Part shown: positions 9,432 to 19,543 of the stretch, in pieces
Layout: every line of letters begins with the position of its first letter
Position numbering within the stretch: position 1 is the stretch's first letter
Virus record (IMG/VR): IMGVR_UViG_3300047509_000156
Coordinates: 42,482 to 106,481 of that record
Length of the DNA: 64,000 bases
Strand: one strand, 5' to 3'
DNA from: a virus
Position numbers and translations under genes: made by a program
The notes under the pieces: model-generated
What the model was told of the DNA's origin: nothing
Databases searched by the model: none
What the model saw: the letters and a program-made list of their open reading frames with translations, nothing else

Positions 9432-11270
9432 TCACACGGTTCTCTCAAAGGACATCGCCGGGCACTTCTCATCCTCTACTGCCATCGTATCGATGACGCC
9501 CTCGGGCAGGTCCTGCTTCCTACGGACAAACCACAGCGAATCAGGGCCGTGGCGCAGGACGCCGTACTTCCTCTGGAACCATGTCGAAGCGTAGCCTTCC
9601 GTCAGCGCTTTGTTGACACCTTCCGAGTAGGTGTCATGGCCGCACAGAATCCCTCCCGGCTTGACGTTGATCATCCATAAATCGATGTCCCGCTGCGCTG
9701 ACTCAAAGGCGTGGTCGCCGTCGATAAAGACGACATCCGCCGAGTCGGCAGCAAAGCGCGCCGCCGCCTGGAGCGACGTTGATAGCCACGATTCGATGGT
9801 TAGATCATGACGCAATCGTCGCAATTCGTCGCTCTGTGTTTGCCATGTCTTCATGGCCTCGGCGGGATCGAACTTTTCATTGTCGCCAATTCCCAGGAAG
9901 GGATCGACACAGATCAGTTTGCAGCCCGCAGGAAGGGCCAGGGCGACCGCCGAGGCGCTACGTCCCATCCAGGTGCCCACTTCAACCCAGACGCCTCCTG
10001 GGGCCAATTCTGACGCTCTCTTGGCCAGCCAGAGGAGTTCAGCGTGCGTCATCCATCCTGATACCGAGATGGCGTAGAGCGCTGCTACCTCGGGCGCGAA
10101 GGCGTTATGCTGTGGTTCCAGGGAAGCGTGCGGCACGACCTCAGTGGATCGCCTGGCGAACTCGTGGTTGGCCACCAGCATCTCGACCGCCTTGCCAGTC
10201 ATCGTCTTGCCATTGACGTTCTTCTGGATCTTGTCCAGCAATTCGCCGCCGGAGCGAAGGTTTTCCATTTGCGTTTGCAGGATCGCGCCTGGTGCCCTAT
10301 CTGTCCGGTCGCGGGGAACGCTGGCCTCGTTCCTTCTCAGCAACGGCGTTCCCGTCGCTGGGCACAGTGCGAAGTGCGTCCAATGCCCGGCACGGTCCAC
10401 GTAGGGCTTGAATTCCATCTCGCCATGTGAGGACCCGCACGCCTCGCAGTGCGGCACCAGCAGCGACACGATCCCCGCCTGCGACATCTTTGTCTTCCGT
10501 GCCGATGTGAGATCCGAGTGGATCTTCCGCTGGTGCTTGTGGAGATTGTCGAGTTGTTCGGGTGTGACGATGGCCGGCTTGCCAACCCAGTTGCTTTTGT
10601 GGTGCTGTGCCCAGTTGTCCCAGTCCACGTAGAGCGGCACGCCGGCAAAGAACAATTTGCGGTGGAAACAGCACTCCTCAGTCTCCAGAACCTCCGTCCC
10701 CTTGGCGTTGTAGGTGTAGTCGTACCAGGGCGGCTGGATGATATCGAAGCACTTCCCAGAGTAGGCAATACACCCAGTCCCGAGGTTGGCGACCCGCTCG
10801 ATCCCCGTCCGCCGCGCCGCATCCTCGCGCCCCACGTTGACGACAAGATGCGTCTGGTCCTGTGTCCACGAGTGGATCAGGTTGTTCTCATCAATCGTTG
10901 GGTTCGATGCCGAACCCCACTCGAAGACACAGACATTCTCCTGCACCCCACCCATACAGTAGGGCAATCCGATCACAGCCGGTCCCTGATGATTTAGAAG
11001 GAAGTCAACCATCCTCTCGAAGCATCCATCCTGCACCCACATATCGTCGTCGATCATGAAGACAACATCGGGCTTGATCTGTCTGAGCTGATCGGCGGCG
11101 AAGTTTCTTGCCACATTGGTGGGGAATCGCTTGACGGGCATGTAAACGAGTTCGCCCAGGTCCTCGCGGAGCCGGCAGGTGATCTCGGCATCGACGTGAA
11201 AGCGCGACACCTCTTCGCGATGACTGCCTGAACCCAAGGGTTTGACGAGAGCGATGGTGTACTTGGCCAA
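9432..11270 (-). CDS. Glycosyltransferase (GT-A) fused to a Methyltransf_24-type SAM methyltransferase
   Basis: ARN...FMIDDD, LGTGC (GT-A); VEVGTWMGRSA, VFIDGDH, VKPGGILCGHD (MTase). Confidence 0.85.
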   Translation of the reverse strand: MAKYTIALVKPLGSGSHREEVSRFHVDAEITCRLREDLGELVYMPVKRFPTNVARNFAADQLRQIKPDVVFMIDDDMWVQDGCFERMVDFLLNHQGPAVIGLPYCMGGVQENVCVFEWGSASNPTIDENNLIHSWTQDQTHLVVNVGREDAARRTGIERVANLGTGCIAYSGKCFDIIQPPWYDYTYNAKGTEVLETEECCFHRKLFFAGVPLYVDWDNWAQHHKSNWVGKPAIVTPEQLDNLHKHQRKIHSDLTSARKTKMSQAGIVSLLVPHCEACGSSHGEMEFKPYVDRAGHWTHFALCPATGTPLLRRNEASVPRDRTDRAPGAILQTQMENLRSGGELLDKIQKNVNGKTMTGKAVEMLVANHEFARRSTEVVPHASLEPQHNAFAPEVAALYAISVSGWMTHAELLWLAKRASELAPGGVWVEVGTWMGRSASAVALALPAGCKLICVDPFLGIGDNEKFDPAEAMKTWQTQSDELRRLRHDLTIESWLSTSLQAAARFAADSADVVFIDGDHAFESAQRDIDLWMINVKPGGILCGHDTYSEGVNKALTEGYASTWFQRKYGVLRHGPDSLWFVRRKQDLPEGVIDTMAVEDEKCPAMSFERTV

Positions 11271-11272
11271 GA

Positions 11273-11656
11273 CTATTCTCCCTTTGGATACTTCAACCGT
11301 TCAATCTTCCACTTCTCCATGCGGAATATCGTGCCTTCCTTTTCCATAACGCCTTCGCGTGTTCCCGGCTTGATCTTGATGGTGTGGACGGAGTAGTAGG
11401 ATTCATCCCTCAGAGGCATTATCGCCTCGCGGAACCACAGACGGCCGTTGCTGATGCCCCAGCGTCCGGCGTATCTGGTAGAGAGCCAGGAGGATTCGTA
11501 GTAGCCGTCCGCACGAAGAATGGCGTCGAACTTGTTTGTCCCCCATGTTATTTGCCAGTGGCCAGCAAACGCCGGAACCGTCAGCGGTACGGCAGGTGCA
11601 GGCCGAGGAAACGGCGCCGGTGCCGCGATGGCCAGGCAGAGGAGGAGATGGTTCAT
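11273..11656 (-). CDS. Planctomycete-type secreted small beta protein
   Basis: Signal peptide followed by APAPFPRP and F.G.W. Confidence 0.6.
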   Translation of the reverse strand: MNHLLLCLAIAAPAPFPRPAPAVPLTVPAFAGHWQITWGTNKFDAILRADGYYESSWLSTRYAGRWGISNGRLWFREAIMPLRDESYYSVHTIKIKPGTREGVMEKEGTIFRMEKWKIERLKYPKGE

Positions 11657-11657
11657 G

Positions 11658-11957
11658 CTACTCCGGTATGACGATGACTTGTTTCGATGGCACCACGACG
11701 CCGCCTTCCGCCCATGCGCCGGGAAGATAACTGGCAGGCCAGCCGGGGAACTCCTTGATCCTCCAGGCACCGTCAGGATAGAGCGGCGACGGTTCGATAT
11801 AGGTGGCGCATTCTTTTGGGATGTGGCAAACTCTCAGCAACCGTCCGAATCCATCCTTGACGTTCCAGAGAAGCAGTTTGCCTGTCTGTTTTTCTTTCTC
11901 GGGAAATGCCCATCCAAAGAGACAGGCGATCGTCGATAGGAATACTCGTCTGATCAT
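11658..11957 (-). CDS. Hypothetical protein with an RRxFL N-terminus
   Basis: MIRRVFLSTI; AGGAG RBS. Confidence 0.45.
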   Translation of the reverse strand: MIRRVFLSTIACLFGWAFPEKEKQTGKLLLWNVKDGFGRLLRVCHIPKECATYIEPSPLYPDGAWRIKEFPGWPASYLPGAWAEGGVVVPSKQVIVIPE

Positions 11958-12175
11958 GTTGACTCCTGCCAATGTTTGTCGATTGGTTTGAGTTTACGCA
12001 GGCGACGTATTTCATTGATGGTGAGCGGCCCCGTCTGAAGATCAGGAGCGAAACAGATCATCTTGGCGCATCGTCTGCTTGTTTGTCGTGGTTTCTTTGG
12101 CTGTGGCGTCTTCTTGACGAGGAGCGACAACCCGGTAAGGCCAATAAGAGAAGCAAGAAAGTTTCGCCGGATCAT
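11954..12175 (-). CDS. Hypothetical protein with an RRxFL N-terminus
   Basis: MIRRNFLASL; coupled ORF. Confidence 0.45.
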   Translation of the reverse strand: MIRRNFLASLIGLTGLSLLVKKTPQPKKPRQTSRRCAKMICFAPDLQTGPLTINEIRRLRKLKPIDKHWQEST

Positions 12176-12378
12176 GCGTATTCCTCCACTTCCTGTCCGC
12201 CATCGGCGAAAGCGTTACCAATCTCCTTGACGGCGTCGTACATACCGCCAGTTGGTGGCCCCATGAGGAAACCACCGCCACGGTGAAGGAGTGCCTTGTA
12301 GAGATGCACGAAGACCCTGTCCTGGCATTCCGGTGGCAGTTTGTCGAACTTCTTCCGCAGGTATTCTCCCGTCGTCAT
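12172..12378 (-). CDS. Hypothetical protein
   Basis: GGAGG RBS; coupled. Confidence 0.55.
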   Translation of the reverse strand: MTTGEYLRKKFDKLPPECQDRVFVHLYKALLHRGGGFLMGPPTGGMYDAVKEIGNAFADGGQEVEEYA

Positions 12379-12912
12379 CGCTTCCTCCGTCCGTAACTTA
12401 ACTCATTGAGTGCCGCTGAAATCTTCCTTGCCGCCTGACGCTCCGTCTGATCCATCTTGCCCCACGGGTCGCTCTGCGCCTCGTAGAGTCGTTCCATCTC
12501 CACCGTCTCGGCAGCATTTCCATCGGGGTCGATGTCGTTGAGTTGCAGGAGTATCGAGACATACTTGGCGAAGGGACTCACGGTGGTTGCTCCGTGACGG
12601 GCTGCACGCCAGCATATACACTCGCCGCGTTCTCCACAATGAGACACGGACACAGGTAGAGCATCCTGTGTCCGTGTGACCAGCGTGGAGAGATTGGCGA
12701 TGGGAGATTTCTCAGGCCGGCTTGTCCTGTGTACCCATTTGGGCCGTGAAGAGAGCGGCCATGTAGGCGTCGGCCGCAGCCACGGATTTCAGGCTCTCCG
12801 GTTTGCCCTGTGCGTTTGCCAGAGATGCTGCAAGGATCGAGGTTGCTGCGCCGATAAGTGTGTCATTGGCGGCTACGGTTGGTTTGCTCATTGTTTCTCC
12901 TCAGAGTAAGAA

Positions 12913-13236
12913 TCAGATCGAACCGGAAGAATGCCGCGTGATCGTCAGTTCGCCCCTCTCGTCCACGGCGGCATCCTCAACGAAGTATGGCTCGGCGGCG
13001 CAACCTCCTGCAAGGGCGCTGGTAATCTCGGCCATCATGTCCTTGTCGGGATGCACACAGATGTACGCTTCCAGAATCTTGCCGCACTCGGCCACAAGGA
13101 CGATTTTCTTGGTTGGCAGCCTGATGCTCTGTTTGTGACCGATGCCCAGAGCGTTCAGAAAGGCGTCAACGGCGTCGATTCCTCGCATGGCCATGACTTG
13201 TCTCCAGAGGCGGGCGGCACCGGCAGTATACAGCAT
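12913..13236 (-). CDS. Hypothetical protein
   Basis: ORF following the decoration gene. Confidence 0.55.
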   Translation of the reverse strand: MLYTAGAARLWRQVMAMRGIDAVDAFLNALGIGHKQSIRLPTKKIVLVAECGKILEAYICVHPDKDMMAEITSALAGGCAAEPYFVEDAAVDERGELTITRHSSGSI

Positions 13237-13253
13237 GGCGGCGCGAGATCGTC

Positions 13254-13742
13254 TCAGACGGACGGACTTCTACTGAACCCGCCTTCACCAGTACCGAAAC
13301 CGGGCTGACGTTTCTTCCCGCTGATCAGGAACCCCGACAGCCCAAACGCCCCAGTCGCGGTCGTCGCCGCGAAGGTATTGGCGTTCATGCGGACGTACCG
13401 CTGCGTCCGCAGTCCCATGATGGCCTGGAACAAGTTGGCGCCTGCCGTCGTGGCCGTCACCGTGAGGATCATCTGCGTGATCCCGTAGTCCGCCGAATTG
13501 ACGCCGGAGATCACGGTCCACGACCCCGTGCCAGAGGGTGATTCCTCGGCCTGCACGACGAGGTTGGTTACGTTGGCCACTGTGGGTACGGAGGCGATCA
13601 GCTGCATGGCGATACTGAACTCGCCGTCGCCCGACGTGGCCCAATCAGCCGAAGCACCCTGCGACGTGGCGGCGAGGGTGACGTTGTTGAACTGGAAGGA
13701 GCGAAGCGTCTCATTGACGTAGTCCAGAAGCATCGGAATCAC
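13254..13742 (-). CDS. Putative capsid decoration/cement protein
   Basis: First minus-strand gene after the capsid gene; beta-rich, ES..G..W and RYVR motifs. Confidence 0.65.
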   Translation of the reverse strand: MIPMLLDYVNETLRSFQFNNVTLAATSQGASADWATSGDGEFSIAMQLIASVPTVANVTNLVVQAEESPSGTGSWTVISGVNSADYGITQMILTVTATTAGANLFQAIMGLRTQRYVRMNANTFAATTATGAFGLSGFLISGKKRQPGFGTGEGGFSRSPSV

Positions 13743-13885
13743 CTCATGGAAAATGGGTTACGACGAGTGGAATTGAGGTCACTCGCGATGGGTTTGGGCG
13801 TATAATGAAGGCGGACCCGGCACCGTCCCTTAACGGTGTCAGGTCCTGACCGATCAAAGCACCCTTGACTAGAAAGGGCACCTCG

Positions 13886-14779
13886 ATGGCTACAGGACAG
13901 CGTATCAGGGATCTCGCCGGGCAGCGCTTCGAGCGGCTTCTCGTTCTCCGCTTCGACTCGATCAACCACAACAGCAAGGTTGTCTGGTGGTGCCGTTGCG
14001 ACTGCGGGACCGAGAAGGCGATCCTGGGCGCGCATATGACACGAACCACTGATCCGGTCGTCTCCTGTGGTTGCTGGCGACGGGAGATGCCGAAGATCCG
14101 CGACAGTAAACCGGGGCGACAGACGGACGGCAAGCGAGCGCCGGAATACACGGCATGGTGTGGCGCCAAGGATCGCTGCTGTCGAAAAGGCGCCAGGAGT
14201 TATCCCGATTACGGCGGGCGAGGCATCGTCATGTGCGACGAGTGGCGCGACAGTTTCGATGCCTTCCTGGCCGACATGGGAACCAAACCGGGTCCGGAAT
14301 ACTCTCTCGAAAGGCAGGACGTTAATGGGCCGTATGCGCCATGGAATTGTGTCTGGGCGCTGCCGGTTGAACAGGGCAACAACAAGAGGAACAACGTCCT
14401 GCTGACTTTCCAGGGACGGACGATGAGCGTTTCGCAGTGGGCGCGAGAGTTGGGGATGAAGGTACTTACGCTTTATCAGAGGATTCGTCGTGGCATGTCG
14501 ATTGAGGACGCTTTTACCGCTCCGCTTCGCCAGCAAGGAACACTGACTCCTGAAGAACGAAACAGGAGATACCTGGCTCGTTCCGCTATCAGAGATCGTG
14601 TTCGTCGCGGCAAGATGCCTCACGTTTCAACCCTCAAGTGTGTCTTTTGCGGTAAGCAAGCCGAGCATTACGACCACTACGCGGGCTACGATAGGGCTAA
14701 TCGGCTTACGGTTCGTCCTGTTTGCGAGCGGCATCACCTCTGGGAACATGGCTCTCTTTTGGTCGAGCCAAAAGACTGA
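13886..14779 (+). CDS. HNH endonuclease
   Basis: DLAGQRFERL, WWCRCDCG, SCGC, YGGRGI, SLER.DVNG.Y.P.NC.W...Q.NN; second HNH-like C-terminal segment. Confidence 0.9.
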   Translation: MATGQRIRDLAGQRFERLLVLRFDSINHNSKVVWWCRCDCGTEKAILGAHMTRTTDPVVSCGCWRREMPKIRDSKPGRQTDGKRAPEYTAWCGAKDRCCRKGARSYPDYGGRGIVMCDEWRDSFDAFLADMGTKPGPEYSLERQDVNGPYAPWNCVWALPVEQGNNKRNNVLLTFQGRTMSVSQWARELGMKVLTLYQRIRRGMSIEDAFTAPLRQQGTLTPEERNRRYLARSAIRDRVRRGKMPHVSTLKCVFCGKQAEHYDHYAGYDRANRLTVRPVCERHHLWEHGSLLVEPKD

Positions 14780-14788
14780 CAAATCGCG

Positions 14789-16288
14789 TCATGGGCCGAC
14801 AGTGGCGCAGGAAATTGAATCGCAAAAAGCCACTGTTCCGGGGTGTCTTGGACCTCCGTCGCCCGTGAGCACGCACCTGACCGCGCATTGGTCGCTCGAC
14901 AGAAGTGTATAGCCCACATCGGTTTGTACGAACTCAATTGCGCCGAAGAGGCCCAAGAGGTAGTCCGCCCATCCCGAAAAAAGTACATACGTCGCGTTCG
15001 TCACTCCACCCCGATTGTTGACGACCTGCACCGTCTTCGTCACCGGGTAGCCCGCCAGGTGCGGAATCGCCTTGCCCTTCAAATCGCGCACCAGCTCGTA
15101 CACGAAGCCGCCCACTTGCCCGGCCCCGGAGTAAGGCGTCCACCGCGTCTGACTGAACGCATAACTCAACTGCGGCCTCATGATGAAGCCGCCGTTGTCC
15201 TGGTCGGGATTGCCATTGTTTTCCTCGACCACCATCGGGAAGGAGTAGGCGTCCTGCGGCGAGAGTTGGTTCGGTGAACCCGACGCTCCCGTCTGCGTCA
15301 CTAGCGCCAACCCGTATGGGTTGCCCGAAGCGCTGCCCATCGTGGCCAGTCCCAGCGGTTGTGTCTGAGAGCCGTTGCCCTGGAGGAGGTAGAAGTCCAA
15401 CTGCAAGGCGACACTCTTGAAGATGTCCGCCCTGATCAGGGCCTCGGTAGCCGGCGCCCCGTAGCGCAGCAACTCGTTGGGCAGCACCACCACGGTGATC
15501 ATCTTGCGGGCGTTGAGGTTCAGCGCCCCCGTCGTGACCGTGGTTGGGGTTGTCTGGTTATTTTCCAGTTGCCCCTGGCTGGCTGTGGGCGTGATGAGGC
15601 GGGGGTAGGTGATTCGGCCCGAAGGACCCAGCGGCACGACGGTGGCGCCGGCGTTGAGCAATGCCTCGCGATTTCTCAGGAGTTCGATGGGCGGCCCGAA
15701 GGTTGGGGGAGGGACAAAGGTGCCGCCGCCGGCCTGGTCGGTCCAACTCTGCGCGGGTAGCGCGGCTGCCTTGCCGCCGTAGCCGGAAAGATCGTCGCGC
15801 AGGCCCTTGTTGTCGTAGGCTTTCTTGTACCAGTGCTGGATCTCTTCGGGGTCGGCACGATCGACGCCATGCTGAAGGAGCGATTTCATCTCGTAGTAGT
15901 CATCGTTGCTCATCATCTCCGAGTTGAACCCATCGGGCCACAGAGGGGCGAAGCAGTGCCCCGCTCCGGCGAACTTCTGGAAGCCGCCGCCGGCCTGGAA
16001 GGTAGCGTTGCGGATCTTTTCGGAGAGCATTCCCTCGACCTTGCAGAACTCAGGAGGGATGTGGCCGCCCACCATGCCCAGCATCTTGCCGAAGTAGAAG
16101 CCGCGCGAGGTCATGATGTTTTCACCACGCCGGGCATAGGGCGCCGATCCTGCGGGGGCGCCGAGAACTGGCTGCGCCCCCGTGTCGCGGGCGGCGGCGA
16201 GGCGGGCGTCGGTCGTCTCGATCTTGTTGAGCCGGCTTTCCATGTTGGACAGGACCTTGAGGACCTGTTCAGTGGCGGATTCTGGCAT
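14789..16288 (-). CDS. Major capsid protein (HK97 fold)
   Basis: GG.FVP, IELLR, PNELLR, L.GNGS..P.G, LAGYPV motifs; 499 aa. Confidence 0.92.
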   Translation of the reverse strand: MPESATEQVLKVLSNMESRLNKIETTDARLAAARDTGAQPVLGAPAGSAPYARRGENIMTSRGFYFGKMLGMVGGHIPPEFCKVEGMLSEKIRNATFQAGGGFQKFAGAGHCFAPLWPDGFNSEMMSNDDYYEMKSLLQHGVDRADPEEIQHWYKKAYDNKGLRDDLSGYGGKAAALPAQSWTDQAGGGTFVPPPTFGPPIELLRNREALLNAGATVVPLGPSGRITYPRLITPTASQGQLENNQTTPTTVTTGALNLNARKMITVVVLPNELLRYGAPATEALIRADIFKSVALQLDFYLLQGNGSQTQPLGLATMGSASGNPYGLALVTQTGASGSPNQLSPQDAYSFPMVVEENNGNPDQDNGGFIMRPQLSYAFSQTRWTPYSGAGQVGGFVYELVRDLKGKAIPHLAGYPVTKTVQVVNNRGGVTNATYVLFSGWADYLLGLFGAIEFVQTDVGYTLLSSDQCAVRCVLTGDGGPRHPGTVAFCDSISCATVGP

Positions 16289-16312
16289 TGGATACCTCTT
16301 CTTGTTTTTGGC

Positions 16313-17131
16313 TCAACTCGCCGCTGTTCCGGAGCGGCGTGCCTCGATCGAGGCGAGTTTAGAATCGAGTTTCTGGATAAAGGGAACGATCCCCTTCATC
16401 TGGTGTTCATCCATCTCTTCCATCGGCGCCCCTTCGCCTTCCTCTCCTTCGCCCATGTCGTCCTTGGTACACATCTTCTGACAGTAGGCGCGGAGCGATT
16501 GGGCGTGCTGCATGTGCAGATCGCGCATCATCCTGTCGGGGTGCGTCTTGCCCTGGCTCTCCAGCCAGTCGGCGACGTGATGAATTGGTGAGAGCGTCTC
16601 GTTAACCGCATCGCCCGTGTGCATTCCCTTGCCCGTCATCGCCTTTCCACCCTTGCCGCCCTTCTCCTCCTCTTCCTTGGTGGGCGGCTTCTCTTCCTTC
16701 TTGGGCTTTTCCTCGTCCTTACCTTCCTCGCCGGGCTTCTCCTCGTCGGCCATCGGCTTCTTTTCCCGCTCGCCCTCGGCGGTTTCGGCTTCCTCGATGC
16801 GAGTCTCCCCTTCGGGTTTCTTGGCTGCCGGGTGGACTTCGGGCAACTCCTCGTAACCCCCTTCGATGTCGGGGTATTCCTTCTCGTGGATCGCCCTGGC
16901 CTCGTTGCCCGACTTGCCGAGCATCGTGGTCATCTTGTGGGCAAATTTGCGGACGGGAGGATGTTCGGACTTGTGGCCGCACTCCAGAGCATTCGTGTGC
17001 GCCAGTTTGATCGATTCGTGCAAATTGGCGAGGTGCTGGCAGGAGTAGGGGATCTCCAACTCCTCGTCGCGGTGTTCCGGTGTGGTAGGAGTGTTGGCCG
17101 CTGCTGCGTTTGCCTGCTCTTGTTCGGCCAT
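16313..17131 (-). CDS. Putative capsid scaffolding protein
   Basis: Acidic E/K-rich helical protein immediately upstream of the capsid gene. Confidence 0.5.
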   Translation of the reverse strand: MAEQEQANAAAANTPTTPEHRDEELEIPYSCQHLANLHESIKLAHTNALECGHKSEHPPVRKFAHKMTTMLGKSGNEARAIHEKEYPDIEGGYEELPEVHPAAKKPEGETRIEEAETAEGEREKKPMADEEKPGEEGKDEEKPKKEEKPPTKEEEEKGGKGGKAMTGKGMHTGDAVNETLSPIHHVADWLESQGKTHPDRMMRDLHMQHAQSLRAYCQKMCTKDDMGEGEEGEGAPMEEMDEHQMKGIVPFIQKLDSKLASIEARRSGTAAS

Positions 17132-17410
17132 TGCGGTGTTCCGGGTAGAAATACTGGCTGTATACCCGGTGAATCGGACGGGTTGGATTATCCAGACATA
17201 ATCGCGGCAGTTGAGGCGTTCAAGGCAATTCGCGGAATAGGCGTAGACGCCATATACGCCAGGAGTCTAGGATTTTCGGTGGAACAGCGCGCATCCTGGC
17301 TTCTCCCCCGGCGAGTGAATCCGCCGGGGGAGATTGCTTTTATGGGAGGTGGCTAGTAGAGTTGGTGCCAGTAGGGAACCGCTCGTACCAAATACTTTAC
17401 GGGGGTGAGG

Positions 17411-17446
17411 CGCCGCCAGGCAGAGAAATCTGCCGGCGGCGTTTTT
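17411..17446 (+). terminator. Intrinsic terminator
   Basis: CGCCGCC(A)GGCAGA-GAAA-TCTGCCGGCGGCG followed by TTTTT. Confidence 0.75.
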
Positions 17447-17508
17447 CCTTGTCACACCCAATCAAAACAAGCGTATATGGACACGGTCGCCCCACTACTA
17501 GGGAAACC

Positions 17509-17736
17509 ATGTCCACCATATCGCAGCAGAGAATCGCCTCGATCCGCGTCTGGGCCGCTGATGTTCGTGATCAGGCAGACGATACCAGTGTCAGTGAACT
17601 GGCGTCTTCTCTGTGCCACCTGATCGATTTACACGGCAGGATCGAGGCGGATAACGTCCGTCTTGGTATCGAGACGAGTATTGCACTTCTGATCGGTAAA
17701 CTGGCTTTAACCTGGGCCGGCTGGCCGGGTAAGTGA
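17509..17736 (+). CDS. Hypothetical protein with a C-terminal TM segment
   Basis: Own GTCACA-N15-CGTAT promoter at 17451-17476. Confidence 0.6.
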   Translation: MSTISQQRIASIRVWAADVRDQADDTSVSELASSLCHLIDLHGRIEADNVRLGIETSIALLIGKLALTWAGWPGK

Positions 17737-18351
17737 TTATGTTGGTTGTTCCATGATGGCGTTACCAATGGCCGTGCCGCCGCCGAATTGTTCCTGCTGC
17801 ATCTTCCACGCTACCTCGGCACACCTCTTCCGCTCCATTGTTGTGCCGAAGTTCAGCCCATCGTTGATTCCCTTTTCGCGTCCCTTCTCGAATCCGTGCT
17901 GGTACTGGTCGAGCGACCCGTCCTCCCTGGAGTCGCGGAGCAGGCGGGTCAAAAAGTCGATGTGGGCGAAGAGGTCATTGACGCTGGCGAATACGTATTC
18001 TCGGCTCATGCGGATCGACCAACCACGGTCATTTTGTACGCGCACGTCGTCCTGCACCTTCTTCCACGCCAGCCGCGCCGATTCGAGCGCCTCGTCGGAA
18101 AGAGGATCGCCGGCCACGTCCAGCGACAGAGCGTCCTGCATACCCGCCTCGCGAGCCTCTTGGAGCAACGGCAGAACTTGACCGATCAGGCTTTCAGCCT
18201 CACCTCTGGCAATCGATTCAACCAGGAATGCCTTGATTTCAATGGCGCCGACGCGGATACCGTAAACATGATCCTGCTCGCCGCCGTTGGCCATACGGTC
18301 ACGACACTGTACCTTTACCATCTCCTGGGCGATCTGCTCGTTCGTCTTCAT
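17737..18351 (-). CDS. Hypothetical protein
   Basis: GGAGG RBS; coupled. Confidence 0.6.
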   Translation of the reverse strand: MKTNEQIAQEMVKVQCRDRMANGGEQDHVYGIRVGAIEIKAFLVESIARGEAESLIGQVLPLLQEAREAGMQDALSLDVAGDPLSDEALESARLAWKKVQDDVRVQNDRGWSIRMSREYVFASVNDLFAHIDFLTRLLRDSREDGSLDQYQHGFEKGREKGINDGLNFGTTMERKRCAEVAWKMQQEQFGGGTAIGNAIMEQPT

Positions 18352-18632
18352 GATCTATCTCCTCCGCTGGCAAGACAGCGGCGTATCGACTGGTACGACG
18401 TGTGGTACTTATTACCGATCGCCTCCAGCGTGGCACCTTGATCGCGCATAAGACGCATATCAGCCACGTCGGCAGGGGTGAATCGCGAGCGGCTCTTGTT
18501 GTTGCCGTCGCGAGCGCAGGCCGGCATGGTGGCGGCGCGATCGTCGTACTCTGACTGACAGCCGGCACAGATCCGCAGCGGTGCCGGGCAGATGCGTTTG
18601 CCGCACCATGTACACCCGTACGGTTCGTTCAT
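18348..18632 (-). CDS. HTH domain protein
   Basis: SRFTPADV..MR...G.TL..IG..Y. Confidence 0.55.
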   Translation of the reverse strand: MNEPYGCTWCGKRICPAPLRICAGCQSEYDDRAATMPACARDGNNKSRSRFTPADVADMRLMRDQGATLEAIGNKYHTSYQSIRRCLASGGDRS

Positions 18633-18825
18633 GGCTTCCTCTCGGCTTTCCTTGAGAGCAGTTCGGACTGACGGAAGCAGCGTTCCGTCAACTCCTCGAC
18701 GAGTTTCTTGAGGCGGGTGTTCTCCTCGCAGACAGCAACGATCACCTTGGGCGGTGCGTACTGCCAACTGTGGCCGAGGCGTACTGCCTCTCTAGCGTCG
18801 ATCAGGAGTTCCTCGGTGGTACGTG

Positions 18826-19359
18826 TCATAGGTCCGAGAGCCCTTTCTTGCGAAACTCTTCGATCCACCTCTGCCAGTCGTCGGCCAGGGCAAAGAGGCG
18901 ACGCCGAAGGTAGGAGACGTACTTTTTGTGGTAGAAGACGACTGTGGTGTCCTTCTCCGGGCGGACGGCGTAGTAGGCATAGGCTCCGATCAATCTTCTC
19001 TCTTCGTGGGTCGCTAGAGAGAATTCCTGTACGCTGGCGCGAAAGCCACCAATCATGACCGTACCAGGACCACTCACCTTCTCCTTATCGACCCGCAGCC
19101 ACAGGGATTTGGGCGTCCACCACGCCAATAGGGACATTCTCCAACCGTCGCCGTACTCTGTGTGGATCACAGTTCCAGGGCGGTGGCTAGTAACACGATC
19201 CGCCTTGCAGAACGCGACGATGGGCGTGGCGATCCTGGCGCGCCGACGCCAGGATTTCCGTATCTGCACCTCGCCGGGACAGTTCTCCTCCAGCCAGTCG
19301 GCAAAGGCCAGCCACGACACCGGGTCGAGTCCTCTCTGGAGATGCCGTGGCGGTTTCAC
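18826..19359 (-). CDS. TIGR02996-like protein
   Basis: DPVSWLAFADWLEEN. Confidence 0.7.
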   Translation of the reverse strand: MKPPRHLQRGLDPVSWLAFADWLEENCPGEVQIRKSWRRRARIATPIVAFCKADRVTSHRPGTVIHTEYGDGWRMSLLAWWTPKSLWLRVDKEKVSGPGTVMIGGFRASVQEFSLATHEERRLIGAYAYYAVRPEKDTTVVFYHKKYVSYLRRRLFALADDWQRWIEEFRKKGLSDL

Positions 19360-19543
19360 GCTTCACCACCGCTTTCCTGCCAGTCGAGCCACCAGGGATG
19401 TTCCTCCTCGCACACGCTGTCGGTGTGAGCGTCATCATTGCGAGGCAGAAATCCGTATCCGTCGCAGTCGTGGCACACCGTATAGTCGTTCGTTGGCACC
19501 GGGAACCTATCGACGATTCCCTTACCGCCGCATCGTGTACAGA

